From a virus, in the IMG/VR virus record IMGVR_UViG_3300027974_001900, positions 53,361-117,360 of that record: a stretch of 64,000 nucleotides of DNA; one strand, written 5' to 3'. The notes below the pieces were generated by a model. It ran no database searches. It saw only the letters and a list, made by a program, of their open reading frames with translations, and had not been told where the DNA came from. The position numbers were made by a program, and so were the translations under genes. Positions 30,756-40,917 of this stretch are shown in pieces; position 1 is the first letter of the stretch, and each line of letters starts with the position of its first letter.

Positions 30756-31567
30756 TTTCCTCTCAAAGATTTTTTCTTTTCTATTTCACTTCCGACTAGT
30801 TCTCTTGGGGCTGCACTTCCTAAGGCAGATTCTATATCTCTTATACCTTTTACAAGTTTAATTAAACCTTGAGGCTCAATTGATGCCATATGATCACTAC
30901 CCCACATTGTTCTATCTAAAGTTATGTGTCTTTCAATCCAAGTTACTCCCATCGCAATGGTTGCAAAAGTTGTAACTAATCCATATTCGTGCCCACTATA
31001 TCCAACTTCTTTTTTATATTTTTCTTTTAAAAAGTTAATATAATTTAAATTTAATTCATTTATTTTAGATGGATAGCTAGAATTTGTATGAAAGATAACA
31101 TCAGGATTACCCAAAGATACTGCTTTTTCTATTTCCTCTTCGGTGCTCATACCAGTTGACATGAGCAAATAATCAAATTTTTTTCTAGAATATTGTAATA
31201 ATTCATCTTCTGTTATTAGAGCAGATGGTATCTTACCAATTGATTTAAAATTAGACATAAAGTCTACAGATGGTGTATCCCATACAGATGCAAACCATCC
31301 TATATTATTATTTTTACAGTATTTGTCAATTTCTTGATATTCTTTTTCTTCAAACTCAATCTTCTTTTTGTATTCAATATAAGTCATTTCACCCCACGGA
31401 GTTTGTCTTAACTTATATTTTTGCTCTTCTGGGACGCAAATATCAGGAGTTCTTTTTTGAAATTTTACATAATCACACCCGGCAACTTTTGCGACATCAA
31501 TTAATTTTTTTGCCGTTTCAACACTACCATTGTGATTTATTCCAATTTCAGCTATTATTTTTACCAT
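30752..31567 (-). CDS. neuB: NeuB-family nonulosonic acid synthase (no C-terminal SAF domain)
   Basis: 'IIAEIGINHNG', 'VKFQKR', 'GYSGHE', 'IERHITLDR..WGSDH.AS'. Confidence 0.9.
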   Translation of the reverse strand: MVKIIAEIGINHNGSVETAKKLIDVAKVAGCDYVKFQKRTPDICVPEEQKYKLRQTPWGEMTYIEYKKKIEFEEKEYQEIDKYCKNNNIGWFASVWDTPSVDFMSNFKSIGKIPSALITEDELLQYSRKKFDYLLMSTGMSTEEEIEKAVSLGNPDVIFHTNSSYPSKINELNLNYINFLKEKYKKEVGYSGHEYGLVTTFATIAMGVTWIERHITLDRTMWGSDHMASIEPQGLIKLVKGIRDIESALGSAAPRELVGSEIEKKKSLRGK

Positions 31568-32192
31568 TGTATTTCTCCAAATCTTTTTGATAATCTACAT
31601 CAATAACATTATTAATTGGAAAATAGATTGTATTATCATTATACAGATTTTCATTCAGATTTTTAATTTCTTTTGTTTTAAAAATACAAATAAAATGACT
31701 TAATTCAAAACATTTTGGATAATCTTGCCTTCTGAAGAGGTTATGATTAACTAACTGTTTTCCTTTGTTATCTTCTAATTCATATAACATTAAGAATGGG
31801 TGTGCCTCAACCTTTTTTTTGCATAAAAGTGAGTCAGCATTGTTTGAGGAAAAAAATAAAATTGCCGACTTAACATCTTCCCAAGTTCTTTCTGGATATG
31901 TTAAGTATAGCATTAGTATTATCTCTTGATCATTTATCTTGCAAATATCTACCACATTTTGCAGCACGCTTTTTGTTGATGTTGTATCTTGCGCTAAATC
32001 TTCTTCTCTTTTTAAGAGAAATATATCTTCTGAGAAAAATTTTGCTTGTTCTAGAATGATGTCGTCGTCGCTAGATATAATTACATCTTTTAATTTATCC
32101 TTTGGTATTTTTTCTAATGTATGTAACAAAAGATTTCTGTTTTTAAATGGTAAACCTTTTGAATTTTTTCGAGCAGGTATTATTATTTTCAT
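31548..32192 (-). CDS. neuA: CMP-nonulosonic acid synthetase (acylneuraminate cytidylyltransferase)
   Basis: 'IIIPARKNSKGLPFKN', 'RRQD', 'IDVDY..D'. Confidence 0.85.
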   Translation of the reverse strand: MKIIIPARKNSKGLPFKNRNLLLHTLEKIPKDKLKDVIISSDDDIILEQAKFFSEDIFLLKREEDLAQDTTSTKSVLQNVVDICKINDQEIILMLYLTYPERTWEDVKSAILFFSSNNADSLLCKKKVEAHPFLMLYELEDNKGKQLVNHNLFRRQDYPKCFELSHFICIFKTKEIKNLNENLYNDNTIYFPINNVIDVDYQKDLEKYNGKNNS

Positions 32193-33052
32193 AATAAAAA
32201 TTCACCAAATTCTAATGTATTATACCAAGATTCTTTGTTTAAATTAATAATAGATATCCCTCTATTTTTAGCACTCTCATTAAGAACTTTTATATCATTT
32301 TCAAGATTTGCTCTAATTGGAGTCCAAGAATTTGGACCTAAATCTTTATACATCCAGTCGGTTTTTGTTTTATCTGCGTATCCCTTACTATAATCTAAGT
32401 CCATACCAGAAACATAAATTGGGTTACACCCCATAATTATTGCAAATGCAATCGCATGAAAAGAAACAGTGTCTCCAGTACTATAATGTTCATTGAAATT
32501 TGCTATATTCATTAAATATTCTTGTATTGTAATTCTTGGCGGAATATTCATTGAACAGCATTTGCCATCTGTAGCAAAACCAAAATTTCCTAAATGCCTT
32601 GGCGGTTGCCACATTGAACTGTTGTTACCATAATCTTTAAAATCAAAATTTTTATTTTTTACATAATATTCTTTAAAGTCTCTTAGAATTTGTAAACAAT
32701 CTTTTCCTTTCCAGTGACGTTGATCATACGCAAGCCATTCAAAATTAGCATTTTCTTCAATTAATTTTTTATCTGTAAAATCTCCATCATCGGAAAAAAA
32801 TACAGGTAATTTATTAATATTTAAAAAATTTAAATAATTTTTGATAGCAAATTCTGCATTACTTAATATCCAATAATCTGGCTTATCCTCAAAATAATCC
32901 CACCAATTATTTACAGAAAATCTAATAATATTTTTATTTTTATGCGCATTTATAATTTTTTCTTTGTCGTTATTCAAACTTGGGCCGTGGCCAGCAATAA
33001 CACAAGGAACATTTTTATGTCTATCTAATATGTCTTTATAATCTAATCTCAT
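32189..33052 (-). CDS. Maf/DUF115-like putative nonulosonic acid transferase
   Basis: 'IAGHGPSL' and 'GDTVSFHAIAFAIIMGCNPIYVSGMD' match the DUF115/Cst-type pattern. Confidence 0.65.
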   Translation of the reverse strand: MRLDYKDILDRHKNVPCVIAGHGPSLNNDKEKIINAHKNKNIIRFSVNNWWDYFEDKPDYWILSNAEFAIKNYLNFLNINKLPVFFSDDGDFTDKKLIEENANFEWLAYDQRHWKGKDCLQILRDFKEYYVKNKNFDFKDYGNNSSMWQPPRHLGNFGFATDGKCCSMNIPPRITIQEYLMNIANFNEHYSTGDTVSFHAIAFAIIMGCNPIYVSGMDLDYSKGYADKTKTDWMYKDLGPNSWTPIRANLENDIKVLNESAKNRGISIINLNKESWYNTLEFGEFLL

Positions 33053-33059
33053 ATTATCT

Positions 33060-33947
33060 CTATAGTTTTATTTCCAAAGAATTTATAATTTTATCAAATA
33101 TGATATCATCATAGTTTAAATAATCGTTCATGAATATATCATAATTAATTGTGATATATTCTAACATAGATTTGTATTTCTTTTCAGAAATCTCCTCTTT
33201 TAATATATTAATTAAATCATCTGGGCTATTAAATTTTATTATACCTCTCTCGTCAAAAAATTCTCCAATATTATCACAACCCCAATATACCGGTACTGTT
33301 CCACAGGCAAAACAATCTAATATTTTATCAGCAAAATAATTCTTTCTTTTTGCATTTTCTATAGCAAGTTGAAACATAAAATCCACAGTTCCTTCTGCTT
33401 TTAATTTTATATGTCTATTACATCCATTACCAAATAGTTCTATTTTATCATATGATATTTTTGGTAATAAACTATCCGCTATTATATGTCTTAATCTATG
33501 ACCAAAAAGCCAAGTTTTTTCAGAATATACCATTGAGATAAGTTTATTTTTTTGATGTATCTTACAATCTTTATCTCCAAGACCAGTTGAGTCAGGATTC
33601 ATAAAAATATATTTATTTTTATTTTTTTTTAGTAATTCTTCATCGTGTGTTAAAATTAAATCAAAATTTTTTTCATATTTTTGTATCTCATCATATATGT
33701 GTGGCAATAAATCTCTAGGTTCTTGTAAAATAGCGACTTTAAATTTTGAATTAATAACCTCACTTAGAAAGAAAACTTTATCTGTAAATAAAGTTACGCC
33801 GTCCCAGTTTTTTTCGTTTTTTACATATTGTATTTTTTTTGGAGATCTAAGTTCTCCTGGCACTTCCCCCGCTGCTCTCATAATAGATTCTACAAATGAA
33901 TTTGCATAAACAGAATCGTCTATCATATTAACAGTTAATTTTTTCAT
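33060..33947 (-). CDS. GT10-like (alpha-1,3-fucosyltransferase-like) glycosyltransferase
   Basis: 'FQLAIEN...NYFADKILDCFACGTVPVYWG' is the GT10 motif. Confidence 0.75.
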   Translation of the reverse strand: MKKLTVNMIDDSVYANSFVESIMRAAGEVPGELRSPKKIQYVKNEKNWDGVTLFTDKVFFLSEVINSKFKVAILQEPRDLLPHIYDEIQKYEKNFDLILTHDEELLKKNKNKYIFMNPDSTGLGDKDCKIHQKNKLISMVYSEKTWLFGHRLRHIIADSLLPKISYDKIELFGNGCNRHIKLKAEGTVDFMFQLAIENAKRKNYFADKILDCFACGTVPVYWGCDNIGEFFDERGIIKFNSPDDLINILKEEISEKKYKSMLEYITINYDIFMNDYLNYDDIIFDKIINSLEIKL

Positions 33948-35959
33948 TTTGTCACACCTATTTCTTCAATTTTTGTTTTACAAGCTGCGACTCTTCTTCC
34001 CCACCATAAAATTTCAGTTCCCCAAGAATAATAATCACCATTGAAGTTTTTTGCATTGAATTGCAATTTATTTTGTTTTTCTAACAAATTTTCTTTTTTA
34101 TGTATCACATTATTAATGTTATGTACAAAAGAACTTTCAATCGGATAATTTTTGTTTGGATCTAAAATTGCACATTCTTGATATTTTATTAATTCTTTTA
34201 GCAAAGAATCTGGAATATCAAAATTTTCTTTTATCACTTTATAAACTTCCTCGTAGAATTTTTCTTTATTCTGATTTATTTTCATTGCCGTGGCTTCTTC
34301 AAAATCCCATGCGTAATTTTCTCTTACGTCTTCTACGATTCTTCCCCACGGGAATTTACAATCTAATATTTTGTCTAGAGTATCTGCTGTTTCTTTTAAT
34401 TCATTGCCGATAAAAGTATTTGGATTATTTATCATATATTCAAGAAAAGTGCTATAAAATTTTTTATATGACACATTATATGCTGTTCTCATAAATCTAC
34501 TGATATACTGTAGATATCCTAGATAATGCCCAAACATAAAAAGCCATCTATAATAATGACATTTTTTATATTCATCATGAGTCATGGTATTGCTACCAAC
34601 TACCATCTCTTCTCTTTCAAATTCATTGTGTTTTGTGAGATCAAGATGTTGAAAAGCAGTATAGGTTTCTATAACTTTTAGCCCATATTGTTCCCTATAT
34701 TCTTTGGATCCAAATGGAGTATTTGGCAAAGAGGTGAGAGAATATATTCCGATATAGTTGTGTTGTTCTAATTCTATTATTTGACAAATACCATCAATAA
34801 AACTTTCTAAAGTTTCTTCTGGAAGCCCTAGAATAACCTCCATATAGCTGGGCAATTCTGTTTGATTATATAAATCTAAAAATTCTTTTAATTTTCCATT
34901 GTCAACATTTTTTCTTTTTATTGCTTTTAAAACATTTGGATTCATAGATTGAACTGCTATTGTAATTCCTTTATCCATTTGTGCTTCATAAAAAGTTTTT
35001 GCCAAATCTAATACTTCATCAGCTTTATTTTTAGCCCAATCACAACGGTGTTTTTCTGGATATCCATTTTCTTTTTTCTTTTTTACCAAATATTCAGTTA
35101 CATGTTTATGCTCTGGCAACATACCAAAATTGGAATCTGCATTATAAACAAAAACCACTTTATTATCTGATAACCAATCTACTTCTTTTAGAACTTTTTC
35201 TAAAACTGGAGTTCTAATTCTTTGATAATATTTTGTTCCAATCTCACAAAATGTACACTGATACGGACAGCCCCTAGTTGTTTCAATTGTTGCCTCTAGT
35301 TTATATGGGCAGTCTTTTATTAGTTCATCAAATAGTCCGTTTAAATACGGGCTAGGCATCGTTGATAGGTCTTCTATTCTAGGTCTTACTGATGTTACAT
35401 ACGTATCGTCCTCAAATATTAAATCAGCTGTTTTTATTTCTATTAAATCAATACTATTTTTTATAATATTTTTTATTTTACGGTGTTCTTTATCAATAAG
35501 AGACATTTTTATCGAACAGCCTAGAACATTATGCCACTCTTTTTTGTCTTTAAGATGTTCTAAGAGAATATCTTTAAACGCCTCCTCTCCTTCTCCATGA
35601 ACTATTATATCAACATATGGGTGCTCTTTAAAAAAGTTTTGACTTCTATCAGCAATTGGCGGCTGCCATCCACCATATACAATTATACAATCTGGATACT
35701 TTTCTTTTATTTTTTTCGCCATTTTATTATTAAAATGCCAATTCCAAACAAAAGTATTAAATCCTATTACAGAAGGATTTTTTATTTTTTCTAATATTAG
35801 ATCTATATCTTCTCGATAATAAAACCATCCATCTAATTTATAATTATTAGATATTGTTTCATTTCTTAAACAATTTGACCAAATTAAACCAGTACTATAT
35901 GGTAATTTAACCTGTCCAACTAGTACATCATTTATTTCAAATAGATAAAGATTGTTCAT
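33944..35959 (-). CDS. Cobalamin-binding radical SAM protein
   Basis: 'TTRGCPYQCTFC' (CxxxCxxC); N-terminal B12-binding-like region ('GEGEE'); 'ILGLPEET'. Confidence 0.85.
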   Translation of the reverse strand: MNNLYLFEINDVLVGQVKLPYSTGLIWSNCLRNETISNNYKLDGWFYYREDIDLILEKIKNPSVIGFNTFVWNWHFNNKMAKKIKEKYPDCIIVYGGWQPPIADRSQNFFKEHPYVDIIVHGEGEEAFKDILLEHLKDKKEWHNVLGCSIKMSLIDKEHRKIKNIIKNSIDLIEIKTADLIFEDDTYVTSVRPRIEDLSTMPSPYLNGLFDELIKDCPYKLEATIETTRGCPYQCTFCEIGTKYYQRIRTPVLEKVLKEVDWLSDNKVVFVYNADSNFGMLPEHKHVTEYLVKKKKENGYPEKHRCDWAKNKADEVLDLAKTFYEAQMDKGITIAVQSMNPNVLKAIKRKNVDNGKLKEFLDLYNQTELPSYMEVILGLPEETLESFIDGICQIIELEQHNYIGIYSLTSLPNTPFGSKEYREQYGLKVIETYTAFQHLDLTKHNEFEREEMVVGSNTMTHDEYKKCHYYRWLFMFGHYLGYLQYISRFMRTAYNVSYKKFYSTFLEYMINNPNTFIGNELKETADTLDKILDCKFPWGRIVEDVRENYAWDFEEATAMKINQNKEKFYEEVYKVIKENFDIPDSLLKELIKYQECAILDPNKNYPIESSFVHNINNVIHKKENLLEKQNKLQFNAKNFNGDYYSWGTEILWWGRRVAACKTKIEEIGVTK

Positions 35960-36633
35960 TTTTTTTCTCTAAAAATATTGTGTTTTCTTAAATCGTGATA
36001 TGTTTTATTAGATCCATTATCTTTATTTTCTTTCTGCATTATATCAAAAGCTAATATACCTTGTGCTGCAATCTCTGGCGGCATATACATATTCCATCCC
36101 ATAATAGTAAAGATTTCATCTTCATACATTGTATTTTTATGTGGGTGACGACCTTTTGCCCTAGCGGCTTTAAACCATTCTACTGCTTTTTCGTCATTTG
36201 TCAATATCATTCCGCCTTTTGTAAGTTTTAAAATTTTTTTTCTATGAAAGGATAAACATTGATATGAATCTTTTATATACATATTTTTAGTAAATCTTTG
36301 AGCACTATCATATATCGGATATGGTGATAACTGATATAAACCCGACCATTCAATTTCATTTAATTCAAAATCACACCCAGCATGTTTTATTAACATCGGC
36401 AATGAAACGTATGTATTACATGGTATTTTTATTGTACCATTAGCATTTAAATATTTTAAACACAAAAACAAAGCATCGGTACAATTATCAACAGCAACCG
36501 CAAATTTACTTCCAGCAAATTCTGCAATCTTTTTTTCAAAAATATCAACAGCATCCCAAGGGGTATTTATTTTATATCCTTTTTTTTGTAATTCTTCTAG
36601 AGCATATTCTCTTAATGGATCATATTCTAACAT
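35956..36633 (-). CDS. Short DegT/DnrJ-family PLP aminotransferase
   Basis: 'FEKKIAEF.G..FAVAVDNCTDAL', 'DSAQ', 'LSFHRKK.L...KGGMILT'. Confidence 0.75.
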   Translation of the reverse strand: MLEYDPLREYALEELQKKGYKINTPWDAVDIFEKKIAEFAGSKFAVAVDNCTDALFLCLKYLNANGTIKIPCNTYVSLPMLIKHAGCDFELNEIEWSGLYQLSPYPIYDSAQRFTKNMYIKDSYQCLSFHRKKILKLTKGGMILTNDEKAVEWFKAARAKGRHPHKNTMYEDEIFTIMGWNMYMPPEIAAQGILAFDIMQKENKDNGSNKTYHDLRKHNIFREKK

Positions 36634-36638
36634 TTTAA

Positions 36639-37295
36639 TTATTCCTTATTGAACAGAGTGTAATATTCTCCGGGAGCAAACTTTTTCCCATAAAAACTAA
36701 ATTTTTTCTCTTCTTTGTTATATCTATCATATGGAAGAATTCTAAAGTCAAAACTAACTCTAGTTTTTCCAGTTGTATTAAGTTTATTTCCGTGCCTACA
36801 TCTATTACCGTTAAATATTGCATATTCACCAACAGACATTTCAATTGGCTTATAATCTTCTAAGCCAGGAACCGATTCTATCCATGTACAGTTTGTATCA
36901 TAACACTTTGTTAGTGGAATTTGAAAATTTATTTCCCACTCTGGGTGTCCATGATCTTCATCGTTATCATAGTGCCATTTAGAAACGGCTGTTTGATTTG
37001 GTACTTGAACTCTAAATGATGGAAATGCTTGATAAAGAAAACTTTTACTAAATTGAGGAGCTATAACTTCTTTAACGAAATCTTCATATACTTTTTTTAT
37101 TTCATCCCAATTTTTTAGCTTATCATAAAAAATTTTATGAAAATGTGTTTCTGCTTCGTTTTTTTGTTCTAATTTTTTTGATCCACAAAGCTCTAGATCT
37201 ATTAAGTGTAATTCTGTTAAATCTTTTATTTGATAAAGATCCTCAACTAATTTAACAAAGTCAAATTTTTGTTTTTCATAATTTTTTATAATCAT
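36639..37295 (-). CDS. StrG-like 2OG-Fe(II) dioxygenase
   Basis: HxD 'WHYD', distal His 'RHGN', 'RVSFDFR'. Confidence 0.7.
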   Translation of the reverse strand: MIIKNYEKQKFDFVKLVEDLYQIKDLTELHLIDLELCGSKKLEQKNEAETHFHKIFYDKLKNWDEIKKVYEDFVKEVIAPQFSKSFLYQAFPSFRVQVPNQTAVSKWHYDNDEDHGHPEWEINFQIPLTKCYDTNCTWIESVPGLEDYKPIEMSVGEYAIFNGNRCRHGNKLNTTGKTRVSFDFRILPYDRYNKEEKKFSFYGKKFAPGEYYTLFNKE

Positions 37296-37305
37296 TTATC
37301 TTCTC

Positions 37306-38085
37306 CTAAATTACAATCCAATTTTCTGGTATTAAATCTTTTATATTTAAATGGCTATTTTTATGAGCAAACCAATTTTTTGGAGCAATAATTTGTTTAT
37401 CTTTATTCTGGTTTAACCACGCTGCCCACCACGAAAAAGAACTATTGGCTATTATATTATTTTTTATTTTTGACATTAAATATAAATCTAACACATCGTC
37501 TTGGTTATCTATAAAAATATTTTTATCATTATTAAAAGTGTTTTTGCACCACTCAATATCGTCGCTAAAAAACACAAAACTTTTATCTTTAAAAAGACTC
37601 ATAGATTTATCGTAATACTCTTTATTTAATACAGTATGATAATCAGAAAGCCTTAAATAATCGCCTCTCCTTATGTGAACAGAAACATAATCCTCGGTGA
37701 AAATTTTATCATATTTTTTGTTTATAAAATTTTCAACTTCTTTTATTGGTTTAAAAAGTTCTAATATTTTTTCTCTATTGTGTGAAAAATATTTTTCTGA
37801 TTGGAAATAACCCTTAAGAAGTAAATTTGGTTTATAATCTATTTTTAAATAAGATTGATCTTCTGGTTCATAATGAGTATTCTCAATAAAATTAAAACTA
37901 TCTGTAAAATTTAAATTTTTATAAATAGTTTTAAAGTAAATTTGTGTTTGTTTGTCGCTTGGTATTATACCACTGGACTTGTACGGAAAAACACATTTAT
38001 CATTATTATCTAAAGCCAAAGAATAAGCCGTAGATATTATAAACATCTGATTACCGAGTCTTCCTAGTAATTCTGCCGCTATCAT
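37306..38085 (-). CDS. GT11 alpha-1,2-fucosyl/colitosyl transferase
   Basis: 'GRLGNQMF', 'GYFQSEKYF', 'VHIRRGDY', 'IIANSSFSWWAAWL'. Confidence 0.9.
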   Translation of the reverse strand: MIAAELLGRLGNQMFIISTAYSLALDNNDKCVFPYKSSGIIPSDKQTQIYFKTIYKNLNFTDSFNFIENTHYEPEDQSYLKIDYKPNLLLKGYFQSEKYFSHNREKILELFKPIKEVENFINKKYDKIFTEDYVSVHIRRGDYLRLSDYHTVLNKEYYDKSMSLFKDKSFVFFSDDIEWCKNTFNNDKNIFIDNQDDVLDLYLMSKIKNNIIANSSFSWWAAWLNQNKDKQIIAPKNWFAHKNSHLNIKDLIPENWIVI

Positions 38086-38834
38086 AAATCACCATCAATT
38101 TTATTATATTTTTTTCTATTTCTAATTTCACTTTCCATACTCAATTGAAAGCTATGATTTACTTTATCTTCATTTAAAACATTTGCACGATTATAAACAT
38201 ATAATATATCTCCAATGAACGATGCTCTATTTCCAGCCATTTCTAGAAGTGGAAACATTGCGGCTAGGTCTCCAGCCATAAGATAAAATTGATTATTTTT
38301 ATCTAACAAATCTTCTTTATCTATTTTTTTCCATAATTTATATTTAAAACTTCTTAAATGAGAAGTCATCCAGTTACTTTCTCTAAACAAATTATTTTTT
38401 ATAATCTGCTCTGGTACTTGCCTAGAAAAATTTCCTCTAATTAATGAAGGATATTCTACATAGCTACCATATGACATCCAGCATTTTTTTTCTAAATAAT
38501 TTTTGTTTAAAATTATTAATGTTTCTTTACTATAAAACCAATCATCTCCGTCAAGAACTACTATTACATCTTCTTTCTCGCAAGAAGCATTTTCTATTCC
38601 ATAAAATAAACTAGCTAATGCTCCACGATTTTTATCTGTGTTTAGTAGTTTAAAATTTTTTAAATCTTTAATTTCATCTTCTATAATTTTTTTAGAGTTA
38701 TCTGTAGAAGAATCGTTTACAATAATACAATCAAAGTTTTTATAATCCTGAAGTTTTATACTTCTCAGACAAAGTTTTATCCATTTTTCAGCATTGTACA
38801 TTGGTACAACAATTTTAAATTTTGTATCAATCAT
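38082..38834 (-). CDS. GT2 glycosyltransferase
   Basis: 'IVVPMYNAEKWI..CL.SI..Q', 'VNDSSTDNS', 'LDGDD'. Confidence 0.9.
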   Translation of the reverse strand: MIDTKFKIVVPMYNAEKWIKLCLRSIKLQDYKNFDCIIVNDSSTDNSKKIIEDEIKDLKNFKLLNTDKNRGALASLFYGIENASCEKEDVIVVLDGDDWFYSKETLIILNKNYLEKKCWMSYGSYVEYPSLIRGNFSRQVPEQIIKNNLFRESNWMTSHLRSFKYKLWKKIDKEDLLDKNNQFYLMAGDLAAMFPLLEMAGNRASFIGDILYVYNRANVLNEDKVNHSFQLSMESEIRNRKKYNKIDGDL

Positions 38835-39658
38835 AGTATTCCTAATATTTTATCACATACTTCTTGTCTTTTATTAATCATAAAATTAATTAATTCTTCT
38901 CCGTTCAAATAGAACCAATCTTCATATAAAGCTCCAACTAGTTTATTAGTAAAAACAGTTATATTCATCATTTTTGCTTCTATTACAACCCTAGATAAAG
39001 TTTCTGGCGTTTTAGGTATAAAGCAAAAATAATTATTTTTTCCTAATTTATTTAAGAACTCATAATAATCTTGACTTTCAATCAATTCATAATTTAAATT
39101 TTTATTTTTACAAAAAGAAATTGCTCCAAGAGTATTTTTATGTTCTATAGCGCTTAATAATATAGAACATGCATCTTTTTTTGGATTTTTTATTTTTTCT
39201 CGAACAAATTCTAAATCTTTTAAAGACCAAAGATTACCAGATAAATTTGTAATATTATCTATTTTAAGATTATTGTATATAATATTTTTATGGAAGCTTG
39301 ATTGACAAAAAATAGAAGAAGCATTTTTGTAAAAATCATAGTTAGCAATTTTATCTTCTGAGCATGTAAAATTCTTACAAAGCCCGGGATTTCTATTTTT
39401 TATATACTTATGATCGTGTTCATATAATATATATTTTTTATTATAAAAAAACTTAATTAATTTTTGATCAATCAAACAGAAATTGCTTATAATAAAAAAT
39501 TGATTTTCTTCTATTATTTTTTCATTAATATCAATACTTTTTATTTTTTTAACTTCTATTGATCTTTCTTCTAAAACATTTATTAATTCTCTATCATTTA
39601 GCTCACAGCCTCCTAAAACTTCATCATGAAAAAAATCTGAAATATATACTATTTTCAT
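38831..39658 (-). CDS. Putative GT-B glycosyltransferase
   Basis: 'GGCEL', 'PETLSRVVIEAKMM' (E-x7-E-like). Confidence 0.6.
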   Translation of the reverse strand: MKIVYISDFFHDEVLGGCELNDRELINVLEERSIEVKKIKSIDINEKIIEENQFFIISNFCLIDQKLIKFFYNKKYILYEHDHKYIKNRNPGLCKNFTCSEDKIANYDFYKNASSIFCQSSFHKNIIYNNLKIDNITNLSGNLWSLKDLEFVREKIKNPKKDACSILLSAIEHKNTLGAISFCKNKNLNYELIESQDYYEFLNKLGKNNYFCFIPKTPETLSRVVIEAKMMNITVFTNKLVGALYEDWFYLNGEELINFMINKRQEVCDKILGIL

Positions 39659-40917
39659 TTGTATTCTTGGACATCTTGTTCTAGTTGCTTAAGCCACTCG
39701 TCAATCTCAAACACTTCTTTTTTACAAATTGCTTCTGCTAATAATGTGTATGGATTTTTTTCTTTATCTTTATTAGTTAAGTACTCTTTTAGTTTTTTAG
39801 CTTGTCCTTTAAACCTTCCATAATCCTTAAAACATTCTCTCATGGCAGATTTTGCTCCAAGTGGTCTAACAAACGCCCACTCCGATTCTGAATGTAATAC
39901 TCCGTTCCAAACAACTTCTGGCTGAACTTTTTTAAGATCATAGGGGACATTCGTAAACGCTTTCTTTTTCTTTCCGTCTATCTCTATATATAAAAAGTCT
40001 TTTTGACCAGAATAATCAATAGTAATAACAGGTAATCCACAATAAGCAGCCTCAAACAACGGAAGACCGAATCCTTCACCGTGAGCAAAATTTACAATTG
40101 CTTTAATTTGTGGGTGAATATAAAGATTATGAATTTCATCTTCATTTAAATCTCCATGAACTAAATAAATTTTACATTTTCTATCTGGGTATGGCTTTAA
40201 CAATCCTTGTAGTGCTCTTTCACATGCTATCTTATCTAACAAAGAATTATTTGAATAGTTTACTTTACAAACTAGTCCTACATTATCATTCTTAAACTCT
40301 TCTAAAAACCAGTTAATTGTATTTGGAAGATTTTTTCTTGGACCCCATTGTGCAACACAGAGAAAATTAAAATCATAATCTAGTGGTAACCATTCTTTGT
40401 GATTATCAAAATGTTTAAATTGTTTTATTGGATAACCAACAACCTCAACGGGTTTTTGAAGCTGTAGATCTAGAATTCTTCCGTATTGATCTTGTGCTTT
40501 CCAACTTGTATTAACTAAAGTTTCTTTTGAATGTTCAGAAACAGTAATAATTTTATCACACTCTCTATTACAAATATCAATCCACTCTGGAGCTACTTTG
40601 TTAGTCTCTATACCTGCCGTAATTTCAACTGTAATTGGAGCTTTTCTTTTTAATTCATTAGGTATACCAACATGAACATATACATCAAATTGTCCTTGTT
40701 GATTAACATATTGAACCGTTTTGTTTATAATAGAATCAATCCATTTTCTTTCTTCATTTTCTTCAAACAACCAAGATGTCTGACCCCAGTTTAATGGCAA
40801 TGTGTAAATATCAAAAATATCTTCTTGCAAACGTAGAGATCTTAAAACAAATCTTACATGCTCACCATAGCCAGACTGAGTTAAACCTGGTCCTTCAACT
40901 AATACTTTCTTTTTCAT
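39655..40917 (-). CDS. GT4 glycosyltransferase
   Basis: 'SGYGEH', 'PRKN', 'HGEGFGLPLFEAAYCGLPVI'. Confidence 0.85.
   Translation of the reverse strand: MKKKVLVEGPGLTQSGYGEHVRFVLRSLRLQEDIFDIYTLPLNWGQTSWLFEENEERKWIDSIINKTVQYVNQQGQFDVYVHVGIPNELKRKAPITVEITAGIETNKVAPEWIDICNRECDKIITVSEHSKETLVNTSWKAQDQYGRILDLQLQKPVEVVGYPIKQFKHFDNHKEWLPLDYDFNFLCVAQWGPRKNLPNTINWFLEEFKNDNVGLVCKVNYSNNSLLDKIACERALQGLLKPYPDRKCKIYLVHGDLNEDEIHNLYIHPQIKAIVNFAHGEGFGLPLFEAAYCGLPVITIDYSGQKDFLYIEIDGKKKKAFTNVPYDLKKVQPEVVWNGVLHSESEWAFVRPLGAKSAMRECFKDYGRFKGQAKKLKEYLTNKDKEKNPYTLLAEAICKKEVFEIDEWLKQLEQDVQEYK

Noticed and set aside
35956-36633. Short DegT gene as a pseudogene
   Set aside because: Intact PLP-binding motifs, clean start/stop coupling with neighbours and no downstream remnant
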